Below, one piece after another: positions 36,706-50,000 of a DNA stretch of 64,000 nucleotides; positions within the stretch are counted from its first letter, which is position 1; each line of letters opens with the position of its first letter. A program made the position numbers and the translations under genes. This DNA comes from Azolla caroliniana (Eukaryota; Plantae; Polypodiophyta), in contig JBHGNT010000010.1 of the NCBI GenBank assembly GCA_043228905.1, positions 10,168,001-10,232,000 of the forward strand. Direction: 5' to 3'. The notes beneath the pieces were generated by a model, which saw nothing but the letters and a program-made list of their open reading frames with translations, was not told the origin of the DNA and made no database searches.

Positions 36706-37125
36706 GGACATACAGAGGCAACAGCGCGACAGCAGATCGTATAGCACGCAGACGGCAACAGACGGCAACAGACGGCAAGGCAGCAGATGGTAGTGTGGCA
36801 ACAGACGGCAGCATGGCAACAACAGACGACAGTACGACCGTTGTAAGAGAGAGAGAGAGAGGGGGGGGGGGGGGGGGAGAGAGAGAGAGAGAACACGTGC
36901 AACGCTTACTCAACACACGGTTCTCGCATACAAAAACCGGAAAGAAGAAACACATCAGACATTGATAGAGACACAGTTATGCAAAAATTTATATATATTT
37001 ATGTACATGAATGACAGGTTACAACTCTGGCTTAGAGTCGGACTGAGGAGACCGGATTACAACAACCATCTGTAGGCAAGCCGCCAGTCGGGGAGCTCTC
37101 GGGCTCGTCGCGTCGGCGAGCCGAC

Positions 37126-38746
37126 AAGTGATTTCTTGTCCACTGAGCATATGTCGGTATGCACAAGTTCCAACGGTGCTTTCCATCTCATCGGTGGTCT
37201 CGACTGGAAGGAGGTTTGGTTTTGCTTGCCAGACAAGCAATCAGTGCACTTCTCAAGCTGCATGTTTTCCAACTCCGGAATGAAGTTATCATCAATAAGT
37301 TTTCGCATCCCCTTCTGGCTCATGTGACACAACCTATTGTGCCACAGCTCACCTGCAGTGTCAAAAGCTCTGTTCACTTCCTCCCGGCAGATCCAGGCAT
37401 GCATCAGGTACAGAGTGTTGATCTTCTGAGCTCGCGCCATGATCAAGCTTCCTCTACAAAACTTCATTATGTTGTTTCGGATGTTGCCGATGTAGCCTTC
37501 ATCATCTAGTCGACCGACTGATATTAGGTTCAGTCGAACCTCCAAAACGTGTCAAACATCTTTCAATAGTAAGTTCAGTCGATTGACATTGTCAGCCACA
37601 CATCTCCTATGTCAACAGTTTGGCATGCTCCTTCATTCCCCATCCTTACACAACTGTGACCTCCGGCTCTGTAAGATGAGAAGCACTTCCAGTCGGGGGT
37701 CAAATGGAACGTCACCCCTGAGTGGACCACCCATGTTGATTCATTGCTAACAAGGTGCAGCTCACTCTCCTCGGTGATTAGCAGCAGTTCCTCTTCACTT
37801 GTCGCAATTGTCGATGTTCCTCTTCTCTCCGAAATCTTCTTTGGTTCCAAACCGTTGGCTCCCCTTTTGGCTTTCCAAAAGTGTCGGCAATTCTTTTGGA
37901 AATGCCCCGGTTTCCCACAATAGAAACAGGTAGGCTTTCCCCTCGACTTCGACCTCGTCCCCGACTTGTCCCGGTTCTAGGGACTTCTATTCCGACCTCT
38001 TTCCCGGTTTGTGTTGCATTCCGTGACTAAGGCTTTCAAGTCAGTTCCGGAGTCCCAGTCCTTCCGGCGAGCTTCTTCATTTAACAAACTTTACTTCACT
38101 CTCTCCAGGGATAAGTTCTTTCCTTGCGGTTCGGCGTTGCCCAATGTGAGGACCAACGTCTCCCAACTATCTGGGATCCGAGCAGTAGCAATGCCAGTAC
38201 CTCATCAGCTAGATGTACATCGAGTGAGGTAGTCTTATTTAGCAACCCCTAGAAGGTTTTCATACCCTCTGCCATACCAGCACCATCATAATACCGGAGC
38301 CTCACTATCTTCCAGAATACTAAGACTCAATTTACGACATTCTTGTTTTCCAACATCATGCCAATCTTCTCACAGATTACATAGGTCATGTCAATGAAAC
38401 ATCTTATGTATCCTGTCGTCTTCATATGCATCACTTCCTAGGTCGCGCCATCGATCTTTTCCAGTCTTTTGTCTCCAAACTATACCGGCAACCAAAGATC
38501 TTTGACCACTAGCATGTCTCTCATCTTCGACTTTCACACTGGATAGTTGGAGTCGGTGACCTTGAAAATGCCACCGAATGACTCTTCCATTCTCTTTCTT
38601 TGTTTGAAGCTTAGAACACAAGTTTTGATACCAGTTTGTGGAGAAATGTTCTCGGCCACAACCGAGATCCAACCTCACTATGGAAGGAAAAACAGAACAA
38701 AAATGGAGATTGATGCACTTACATAGAGGGACTTGTTTTCCCAACA
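37126..38746 (-). mobile_element. Copia D1: LTR remnant, PBS and gag/PR/INT N-terminus of a Copia C relative, 3'-truncated
   Basis: ELWHNRLCHMSQKGM and KCTDCLSGKQN match Copia C. PBS complement at 38622-38633. Confidence 0.85.
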
Positions 38747-39606
38747 AACTCCCCCTTCACTCTAGCATGGGGTGCTTTACCAATCCGACTCTTTGTCCAC
38801 ACGCATTCAGCTTCTCCACCGACAGCACCTTCGTTAGCATGTCTGACCTGTTGTCGTTCATCTGGATCTTTATTACAGAAACTCCATTTTCTTCTACTCG
38901 CCCTCGAAGCCAATGGTATCTTCTTTGGATGTGCTTGGTCCTCGAGTGGTAGGCAGCATTCTTTACAATGTGGATGGCACTCTGGTTATCGTAGTGGAGT
39001 CGGAATTCCTCTTGCCGAATCCCCAACTCTCTGATGAGCTCCTTCATCCATATTATCTCATTTCTGACTTCCGCTGCGGCCATATACTCAGCTTCCATGG
39101 TCAACAATGCCACGGCCTTCTACAACCTTGACTGCCACAAAACAATTCCCCCTAGATAAGTCATCACGTATCGGACATGGATTGGCTAGTATCCACATCA
39201 CCCTACATGTCTGAATTAGTAAAGCCTTCTAATATGGGTTTGCCTGAGCCGAATTAGAGGCACATGCTCGAGGTGCCTTTCAGGTACCGAAGTGTCCACT
39301 TCATAGCAACCCAATGCTCTCTTCTGGGATTGCTAATGAATCGACTGAACACTCCAATTGTGTATCCAATGTCCGGCTTGGTACATACCATCGCGTACAT
39401 CAAGCTTCTGACTGCTAAAGCATAAGGGACCTTACTCATCTCAGCCTTCTCCATTTTCGATTTTGGACATTGTGTTGTGGATAGTTTGTTGTTTGTTCGT
39501 AGTGTCGAGCCAACCAGTTCCATGCTTTCCATGTTGAATCTCTGGAGCACCTTTGTCATGTACTTCTCCCATGACAACCACAATAGCTTCTTTGTCTAGT
39601 CCCCGA

Positions 39607-42600
39607 TGTTAAGAAAATGTGAAGAAGGCACTCGGGCTCTTCTTATGTGCGCGGCGGATCATGGTGTGCTAGATCGTTTGGTGCTCAAACACAGAAGGGA
39701 AGGGGGAAGGAGACTTACCTCTGTAGCAGCCAAAAACTTCTTCTATTTCATTATGCGCAGAGCTCTACTTGCTCTCGTCTATTTTTCTCTTCTACTCTCA
39801 CTCTCTGAGTTCTACCTCTCTATCTTCACTCTCTCTCTCAGAGTTCTACTTCCTATGTATTTCTTACTTACCTTCTCTCTTACTTTTTACCTAAGTAATA
39901 AGTTACTTACATATGCAGCTAATTAGCTGGCAGTCGCTAAATAGCTGTCAGTAGCTAATTAGTTGTTTCTCCTTTATGTTCACAAGTAGCTAAATAGCTA
40001 CTATAGCTTATTTCCTAATAAGCATCACATACCATGTTGAGCTTGCTTCTCAACACTCCCCCTCAAGCTCAACTTATCCTTTCTTGGGGTTATCTACAAC
40101 TTCTTTTCCATGATGCTTTTCAGCCATCATATCAGTGTCTACAACTCCCATCATGTTCCGAAACTGTGTATGCTTTTCCACACTCAATCCCTTTGTGAGA
40201 ATATCAGCAACCTGCTGATTTGTATTCACATACACCAGATCAACTTCTCCTTCAATCACTTTTTCTCTAACAAAGTGATAATGCACTTCAATGTGCTTTG
40301 TTCTTGCATGGAACACTGGGTTTTTTGCAAGCTGAATGCTGCTCATATTGTCACACCAGATTGTGATAGTACCATCTATATACTCTCCCAAATCAGCAAG
40401 CAATCTTCTGATCCATACCTCTTCACAAGTGGCTATGGCAGCTCCTCTGTACTCAACTTCAGTACTAGACAATGCAATAGTAGCTTGTTTCTTGCTACTC
40501 CATGAAATACCTGCACTTCCCAATGTAAACATATATCCACTCGTGGATCTTCTATCTGTTTGGCTTCCAGCCCAATCAACATCTGTATATCCTTCCAGAT
40601 TTATGTCCAAATCAGCCCTGTAAAACAATCCATAGTTCTGAGTAGCTTTTACATACCTCAGAATTCTTCTAATGCAGTCCAAATGCGGCTTTGTTGGTTG
40701 TTGCATAAATTGGCTGACTAATCCAACTGCATAACTCTAATCAGGTCTTGTTATGGTCAAATAAATAAGGTTGCCCACCATAGACCTGTACATGTTTACA
40801 TCTTCTATTTTGGCTCCCAAATCAGCCCTCAATTTGCAGTTTTTATCTAGTGGTACTCCAATAGGTTTGCATCCAAGCATACCATACTTTTTCAACATAG
40901 TTGTTGCATATTGTCTTTGCAACACATATATACCACTTTCAGATCTGATGATTTCAATACCCAAAAAATATCTCAGATCTCCCAAATCTTTCATATGAAA
41001 TTTCATTTCCAAATTTCTTTTCAGCTTACTTATTTCATCCATGAAATCACCTCCAATGATGAGATCATCAACATATATCAGAATCACAACAATACAATCA
41101 TCTTTCCTTTTAACATACAATGATGAATCAGCCTTTGACATTTTGAAGTCAAGTTTTGTTTAGATAATCTGAAAGTTCTCTGTGCCATGCTCTTGGTGCC
41201 TGTTTCAGTCCATAGAGAGCCTTTTTCAACTTACATACATAATCTGGATGCTTCCTATCTTCAAAACCTGGTGGTTGACACATATACACTTCTTCTTCCA
41301 AGTTACCATGTAAAAAGGCATTTTTTACATCCATATGATGAAGAAACCATCTTTTGGCTACACCTACAACCAGTAATGTCCTCAATGTTGCCATCTTTGC
41401 AACCAGTGCAAATGTCTCATCATAATCAATTCCTTGCATTTGGGCATATCCCTTTGCAACCAATCTTGCTTTATGTCTACTTACATTCCCACTGGAATCA
41501 TGCTTTGTCTTGTAGACCCATTTGCAACCTACCACATTTTTTTCTTTTGGTAACTTCACCAAATCCCATGTTCTGTTTTCAGCCAATGCATCAATCTCTT
41601 CTTGCATTGCATCCACCCATTTCTTCTCAGTTTTAGCCTCATCAAAACTACTTGGATCAGGGATCTGTACCACCTTAGACATATATGCATAATGCATAGC
41701 CATATATGTATCATAACCAAATCTTTCAACAGTTTTTTTCTCTCTATCTGATCTTCTCAGTTTCTGATTTGCATCGTTCAATGCTTTTTCCATAACAGGG
41801 ATTTTCAATCCTCTTATACCAAGAAAATCATCCAATGACATATCTGAATCCTCATCTTCCATGTTTTTAGACAAGTCATCCAACATTTCATACTTTGGCA
41901 TTTTCTGTTTTCCTTTTTTATCATCACATTTTTTGTGTCCTCCACTTTTTCCACTCCAAGAATTCGAATCAGATTTACCATCTGAGCTTTTTGATGGTCC
42001 AGAACATTCTGTTGATGTTGGACTTTGTTGTTCAACCTTGCTTCCATCTCTGTGGCAGTCTTCTACATTTTCAGATTTGTCTCTGTCTTTAAACTTATGA
42101 AAACATTCAAACACTTCACTTTTCTCTTTCATGAAGTACACCCATGTTTTCCTTGAGCAATCATCAATAAAAGTTACATAAAATCTGCAGCCACCGATAG
42201 ATGCATTCTTAGTTGGTTCCCATACATCCGTATGTACCAAATCCAACAAATTTTTACTTACATGTCTTTCATGAGGGAATGGCAACCTATTTTTCTTTCC
42301 ATATTGACATGCTTCACATATCTTTCCCATTTCACAATTTTTTAGTTTTGGCAGTCCAGCCACTGCATCTTTTCTCAACATATTCTTTAGGGTTTGCATA
42401 CTTATGTGGCCAATCCTTTTATGCCACATTTCCACATCTGAGACTACACTCATTCTATTTGCAAACATAGCTAAAATCTGTCTAGGCATGTCAACATCCA
42501 AAATAAACATTCTTCCTTGTTGTTTTCCTTTTGCAATGAGCTTCCCATTCTTTTCTATATAGCATCCACTTTGCTTAAACTTTACTTGCATACCTTGCTC

Positions 42601-44451
42601 TACTATCTGTCCAACAGAAATCAGATTCTTAGCAAGATTTGGAACATGCATTACATTCAACATATACTTAGTCTTTCCTTTTTCTTCCCACAATGGAATA
42701 TCTCCAACATGTTCTATTTGGTGAGTACTATTATCACCCGTCTGTACATAGCCAGGAATCTCTGGTTCTCTTAACCTTTCAAACCAATTTGCATGTCCAG
42801 TCATATGGTTAGATGCCCCCGAGTCTACATACCATGTAAAATCTTCATTACATTTCTATGAGCTTTCAGCCACTGCTGCTATCTCATGTTGTACCACAAA
42901 TGCACCATCTTTTTCACAATCTTCACTAGTTTGGGCATAGTTATTCTGTTGTCTCTTTCCTCTTTGCTCATCATTTTGCTTCTTGTAACATTCAGCCTGT
43001 GTGTGGCCTGGTTTTCCACAATACCAACAACCATCATCATTTACATATGTTTGCTTACCTCTACCTTGGTTGCTCCCCCTGCCTCTGTTGTTGTTTCTTC
43101 CTCTAATGGTTTGTTGTCCTCTACCTTGATAACCATTATAGTTGGTTCTTGCTGAGCCAAATCTTCCATGGCCTCTTCCTCGACCTCTTCCAGCACTATT
43201 ATATAGGGCTTTCCCCTCATTCTCAAGATTTCCTTTATTTACATCATCCATCTGATTTCTTTCTTCTACTACAAGCATTGAAACCAGATCTGGAAAACTT
43301 GGGATACTATCCCTTGTAAGCATAGAGGTTTTAAAGCTTTTGTATTGAGGTCCTAAGCCTCTCAAGCATATTTCTACCTTATCATCATCTTCTATCTTTA
43401 CATTGATAGAAGCAAGTGATTCACATATGCTCTTTATTTTCAAAGCATACTCATTTATTCACATCGTACCTTTTTCTAAGGTATTTAGCTCAGTCTTCAA
43501 CTGTAGCTTTCTAGCTTTTGTGTTTACTGCAAACAGTTTTACCAAACTGTCCCAAGCTTCTTTTGGGAGCATAGCATCCTGTATGTGCCCAAGCATCGAA
43601 TCTGAGATGCTAAGTGAGAGCCAATGCATTACCTTCCTTGCCCCTTGATTCCAATCTTTGAATGCTTTAATCTGTGCTGTTGTGGCATTTTCTTCTGGGA
43701 TCTCCGGAGCCTCTTCTAGGTCTCCTTCAATGTAATCCCAGTATCCTTTCCCCATCAGGAAATTTGTCATTCTAAATTTCCACGCCGGGAAATTGTTTTT
43801 ATCTAGTTTCTCTGTAACTATTTGGCCCGCATTCTCTACAGCCATTATCTCTTCCAAATTAGGATTTCTGTTACGATTACTTCAACAAGTAACTTTCTGA
43901 TTCAGATCAGCAACCAGAGAAATACCTTTCTCAGATCTATGCACTTCTGTACTCTTCTTTATGAGCAACCTCACTTTGATACCATGTTAAGAAAACGTGA
44001 AGAAGGCACTCAGGCTCTTCTTATGTGCGCGGCGGATCGTGGTGTGCTAGATCATTTGGTGCTCAAACACAGAAGGGAAGGGGGAAGGAGACTTACCTCT
44101 GTAGCAGCCAAAAACTTCTTCTATTTCATTACGTGCAGAGCTCTACTTGCTCTCGTCTGTTTTTCTCTTCTACTCTCACTCTCTGAGTTCTACCTCTCTA
44201 TCTTCACTCTCTCTCTCAGAGTTCTACTTCCTATGTATTTCTTACTTACCTACTCTCTTACTTTTTACCTAAGTAATAAGTTACTTACATATGCAGCTAA
44301 TTAGCTGTCTGTAGCTAATTAGCTGTCAGTCGCTAAATAGCTGTCAGTAGCTAATTAGTTGTTTCTCCTTTATGTTCACAAGTAGCTAAATAGCTACTAT
44401 AGCTTATTTCCTAATAAGCATCACATACCATGTTGAGCTTGCTTCTCAACA
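39607..44451 (-). mobile_element. Copia E, AT-rich Ty1/Copia with the integrase core deleted
   Basis: LTRs at 39607-40055 and 43985-44451. TSD CCCGA. PBS complement at 43973-43984, PPT complement at 40056-40064. Confidence 0.95.
40074..43845 (-). pseudogene. Copia E gag-pol broken by a few stops and a deletion near 42090
   Basis: Collinear ORFs 43459, 42856, 41149, 40737 and 40074 with CWYCGKPGHTQAEC, YVDD and HARTKHIEV. Confidence 0.92.
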
Positions 44452-45994
44452 CCCGACAATGTGCATTCCTAGGATTTGCTTTGCCGGACCCATATCCTTC
44501 ATCGAGAATGACCTACTCAAGGCCTTCTTCAAGCTTTCGATTTTCTTCGAGTCTCGTCCGACAATCAGCATGTCGTCCATGTATAGCAAGAGGAGGAAAT
44601 ATCCTCTGTCGAACTTCTTCACAAATATGCATTGATCGACCTACGTTTTGTGGTACCCTTGATTTGCTATGATGGATTCGAATTTTCGGTACCATTGCCA
44701 ACGGGCCTGCTTCAGTCCATATAAGCTCTCCTCAATCGGCATACCAGGTTTTCTTTACCTTTCTCCATGAATCCTTTCAGCTGCTGCATGTAATTCTCTT
44801 GCACCAAATCTCCATGAGGGAAGGCAGTCTTGACATCTAGTTGTTCCACTTCGAGATCCATGTTGGCCGCTATGCTCAGCACTGTTCGGATTGATGTCAT
44901 CTTTACAACCGGGGCAAATATTTCATCGAAATCAACACCCTTCTTATGTTGAAAGCCTTTCATCACCATTCGGGCTTTATACTTGGGTGGATTCCTCCCA
45001 TCTCTCGGTTTCAACTTGTATACCCACTTATTCCAGAGTGTCCTTTTCGCTTTCGGCAACTCGATCAATTGGTTCTCATGCAATGAATCCATCTACTCTT
45101 GCATGGCACTTAACCACTTTCGGTTGTGGGTATCGTTCATAGCTTCTTCAAAGCTTTCCGGATCCCCCTCATCGGTTATAACCACACGTTCTTCATCCAG
45201 AAATCTGCGCGGGGGGGCGCTCCTCTCTCTCAGGGGATATCTTCTGCCTCCATTTGCCATAGTCGGTTCTTCTTCGACTTCTTTGGCCGAGTCAAATTCG
45301 GTTCCTTGTCCGGCCAATTCCCCTTGTTCCTCAGGCAGCTCTCGATTTTGCCAATTATCAATTCGGCATATTGGTTCGTATCCAATTTCAGTCAATTCGG
45401 CCGATCATCAACTCGGCTCAAATCGGTACCTGAAGATCTATTTTCAATCTCCCAATTGGCTATCATCTTCTCTTACATGAAGATGATATCTCGGCTCCTA
45501 ATCACCTTCTTGTCAACTAGGTCCGATAACCGATCGCCGAATTCATCTTCATGATAGCCGAGAAATTGGCACGGTCGACTCTTGGGATCAAGTTTCCCCC
45601 TCTAGTCCTTAGCTATATGCACATTAGTCAGGCATCCGAACACTCTTCGATGCCGATATGACACCTCTTTGTTGGACCATACCCTTTGTGGTATGTCATC
45701 TTCCACCGAGGGGGACCACGAAACAAATTTACATTAGTATGCCCACACAAAAAGACAAGACAACATTTACTTATGCTTATCCCATATACTTTAATATAGT
45801 TATACACATTCATGTACTCGTAACCCATCCATATACTTCACATAAAAGCTTATACATAGCCATATGCTACAACATATTTAAATAAATACACAAACAAATA
45901 AAAACACTTAACCACATGTACTCAGACATATTCATATGATCATAACACACATTCATAAACATACATGCATACTCATAATAACCCATATCCACTC

Positions 45995-46360
45995 GGAAGG
46001 GTAGGGAAATGCATGCTATGATTGAAACAACAAGCCTCTTGAAACAAATTCTGAATACTAGAGCTAGAAATGCCTTGGTTAGCAAGATACATGAAACATG
46101 GTGGTGGTCGTGGTGAGGAAATATTGAATATTTTTGGGTAGATGCAAGAAAGAGGAGTATCTCTAGATGTTATCACTTAAGCCATGCATATCTTGTGGTA
46201 GGATTGGAGCCATGGGTAAGGTCAAGTCAATACATGTTGATATTGAAAGAAAAGTTTTCGTTGAGACGGATTGGATTGTTACTTATATGCAAAATGTGGT
46301 GAAGCATGGATTATCTTCAAGGGTCTCTCTGCACAAGATATGTGTTATGGAATGTTTGGA
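45995..46360 (+). pseudogene. PLS-class PPR gene fragment
   Basis: The degenerate reading NALV..YMKHG..GEEILNIF.QMQERGVSLDVIT...CGRIGAMGKVKSIHVDIERK...YAKCG follows the P-L-S repeat pattern. Confidence 0.65.
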
Positions 46361-46554
46361 ATAAACCAAGATGGATATATGGTTGTCCAATGTCTCAAAA
46401 ATCATATCTAAGACACAAAGCAACCACATTCGCATGCAATATTCATTGTAGTGGAGAATTTTAATACCAATGGAGGATCTTTTTATGGAAAAAAATAACC
46501 CATATCTCTTCCTTATACATACATAAACCTAGACACACATTCATACATATTATA

Positions 46555-46980
46555 CAGTGTTTCCTTTTTACGGTCGTTTTGACTATTTTTGGCAAATTTA
46601 ACCATATGTGAACGTTGATTTAAAAATGACACTGTCAATCTTGATGGCATATATTTTATAAAAACATAAAAATGAAGGTTTAAAATTTGTTAATACCGTC
46701 AAATTTTGCTAAGGCCAAAACAATAGTACATGTATTAGTAGTTACAAATTAAAATTCATAGGCTATAGCATATAGTTTTATTTGAGAAAGATAAATATGT
46801 AAACATATGTTATGTGATGTGATAAAGCAGAAGAAGTGCCCGGACATATGCATAGTGTGAAAATAAACTTTGGGCTTCTTCTATTTTCAGCCCATTCCTC
46901 TCTCTCTCTCTCTCCCCACTTGATTCTACTTCTTTCTTGATTTCTCTCTCACATCTCCCTTGCTTTGATCAAGTTGTAAT

Positions 46981-47011
<31 letters not shown>

Positions 47012-50000
47012 CAAGTTCTTTGCTTTGATCAAGTTGTACTTTGTTCTTTCTTTCTTTCCCACCCTCTATCTCACACACAAGTTATAATTTATCATTGATG
47101 GAATACATCCACAACTTTGCAACTTTGCATTTCTACTTCTCTTCTATAAGTGATCTCTCTCCTCTCTATGATATTGTGTCTTTATGTTATATATATTTTT
47201 TAGCAAAATATATGGAAAATAATTTAGGTTAAGACAAACTAAATAAGATGTTACATGTTCTATAGAAAGTCAAGGTGTTTAAAAATATATTAGATTTTTA
47301 GTTATGGCTACTTATCATATGTTATGTGATAATCAATTAGGTACTTAGATAAGCTTGTGGGTTTTGGGTTAGAGGAGTGCATCTACAACTTTGTACCTCA
47401 ATAAGTACTCAACGTGTTATCTCTCATACTCTTTCTAGTAACATAAACGCTCTCTTTCTTTCTCTCTTTATTGTTTTGATTGAAAGAAAGTTTTGTGGGG
47501 ATTTTGATTAATATTTGGTTTAATGTCAACTTAAACATTATTATGTTTTCAAAGTAATTTACAAAATATTTTTGTTTGGAATCCACTTAGAAAGAACCAT
47601 TTTTTCTATTAATTCTTGTACTTTATCAAATTTTTGTGTGTTTGTAAAATGTTCTCTATCCATAATTTTACATGATCCATTTTTATTGTTCGACATAATT
47701 CTAGCTCCCAAAAGCAAAAATCAACAGACCATTCGTGCAATGTTTGCATGGAAACCACCAAATGATACAAATGAGATAAATATAAACAATTATTTAAATG
47801 CGGATGTGGAATTGTTTGGGACTGATTTAGAGAGTTTAACTCAAGAGAGTTGTTCCTCTAAAATAACCAAAGAAAAGCCTAAAAGAAAATTTTGTGATGC
47901 TTGGGGAGATAAATTCCCATGGATACGATGCATTATGCAAGGAGAGAAAACATTGATGAAATGTACATGGTGTGAGAAAAGTGCTAGTCCTAGGCCTTAG
48001 GGTGCTGGTTCTGGGTGTATTACTTTGCAACTTGATGCAATTTTGACCCATGTTAACTCAATTGGCCATAAATTATGTGCATAAAAGTGGATATGTGATG
48101 TTGAAGGGAAAGCAATGTTCATCCCAAAGCATGTATGACAATTGGATGATATTAATAAAAATAAGGTCATAACAATGAAACTCATGTACTTTATTGTAAA
48201 AAAAGATTTGTCTATCGCTACATACCAAGAATTATGTGGTTTGGATGTGCTACTAGAGGTGCCTAATATGCCTAAGCAACATGATTATATATCTTATACT
48301 AGTAGATATGGAGAATATGAATTTTTGGTTGGCTTTGGGAAATATCTTCTAGAAATTCAAAGCTCAAACCTAATAAATTCCCCATACTACTCTTTGATGC
48401 TAGATGAAAGTACTGACAATGGATTAGAGTTTCACTTCATTGTGTATGTTACATACTTGCAATGTGGTGGTCATGGGCCTAAGGAAACTGAATATATGGG
48501 TTTGTTAAAAATTCCCAATGGTAAAGGTAGAACTATATATGAACATATTAAGCATCTATTAGGCGATCGATGCCTCAACATGAACAAGTTGATTGGATTA
48601 GCCATTGATGGTGCATCATCAATGATTGGTAGTGAAATTAGAACAATAACATTAATGAAAAATGATATCCCAAATTTGGTTGGTGTACATTGTATTGCTC
48701 ATAGAGAAGCAATGGTTATTTTGCATGTATTTAGAGATATCCCTGAGCTCATTCTTGTAGAAAAATTGCAAATAAGGTATATGCATGGGCTAACAATAGT
48801 ACCAAAAGGACACATGAAAATTTAGAGCTCTTGGAGCAAATGCAATTGGATGCTCGTAGACCCTTACAAATTCATAATATTCATTGGTTGTCACGTGGTC
48901 AAGTCATAGAAAGACTAGTGAGTATAATGCTTACAATACTTACTATTTGGAAGAAAGAAAACTTAAAAGAGTGGTATAATAAAGCTTGTATCTATAGTGT
49001 ACAATTTTGCTTTTGTATGATGGCAGATGTGTTGCATTTGATGAATATTTTGAGCTTGAAACTTCAAAAAGAGAATTTGGATGTAACTTCAATTGGTGCA
49101 GAAATTGATATTACTATTTCTAATTTGCAGAGGACTTTCTTGAGAAATGACATATTTGCGGATGGAACAATGTATTTATTCAAGTTCTTAAGATGTTCTA
49201 AAATTGGGCTTTTGGAAATAGAGGATAAAGATGATAAAGATGGCATTACATATAGACATGAACTATACTTCAAACAAATTCCCATGGATAAAGCAAGTCA
49301 CAATGATACGAATCCCAATATTGCAAAATCTAAGGGAATGAGGCCATTTATAGATGGATCTCTTGAAAGTTCTATTAAATTATCTCAAAATTATGTGCAA
49401 AATATTATTGATGGACTAAATGCAAGGTTCCCTAACTTAAGCCTCTTCAATGCAACAAAATTATTCAGCCCATGCCATTATGTTGATGATGATGTGATTA
49501 GGGATAGTAAAGCAAAGACATGTTGGGAATTTTGATTTCTCACTTACAACCAAATGTTGATGTCAATGCATATCTTCAAATATTACATGATGCAAAGGCT
49601 TGTGAAATGGAACTCTATAGGTTTGTTGACACTTTACGTTTAAATTGTGAAGGCTATAGTATGCATGAAGCTTGGCATATGTTTTTGCAAAATGAAGGAT
49701 TGCCAAAATAGTTTCCCTCATTTGATGAAATTATGGCACGCTACTTTGGTTATTCCATGTAGCACGGTTTCGTGTGAGAAATGGTTCTCTAAGCAAAATC
49801 TCATCAAAGAGATGAAAAGAAATCGATTGAATATAGAACATTTAGATGATTTAATGTGAGTTTCATTGAATGGGCACACATTGAAGAAATACAATGGGAT
49901 CGTGTATATGAAATTTGGAAAGATGCAAAGGATAAAAGGGTATAATATATTGTTTGATACAAATATTCGATGTATTTACTTTTTGAAGGGCAATTTTTTT

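Larger units (their letters stand above)
25600..36846 (-). mobile_element. Near full-length LINE (RTE-X/L2-like): 5' monomers, ORF1, APE-RT-Cys ORF2; decayed
   Basis: APE motifs (ETH, GSGGVAIL, GDFNART, STIDY), RT motifs (FVDFRKAFD, GVKQGCPLSP, LYADE) and a C-terminal CRLC..EDE..C. (GA)n on both sides. Confidence 0.9.
25436..37125 (-). mobile_element. Solo LTR 3 (TGTCG...CGACA), split by a LINE at its (GA)n tract
   Basis: Starts tgtcgtgg at 25436 and ends gccgaca at 37125. It interrupts coding remnants at both ends, and the flanks belong to different elements. Confidence 0.6.
38637..45720 (-). mobile_element. Copia D2: INT C-terminus, RT, RH and PPT of a Copia C relative, split by Copia E
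   Basis: ORFs 38757, 39254, 44712 and 45093 match Copia C. PPT complement aactcccccttc at 38747. Confidence 0.85.
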
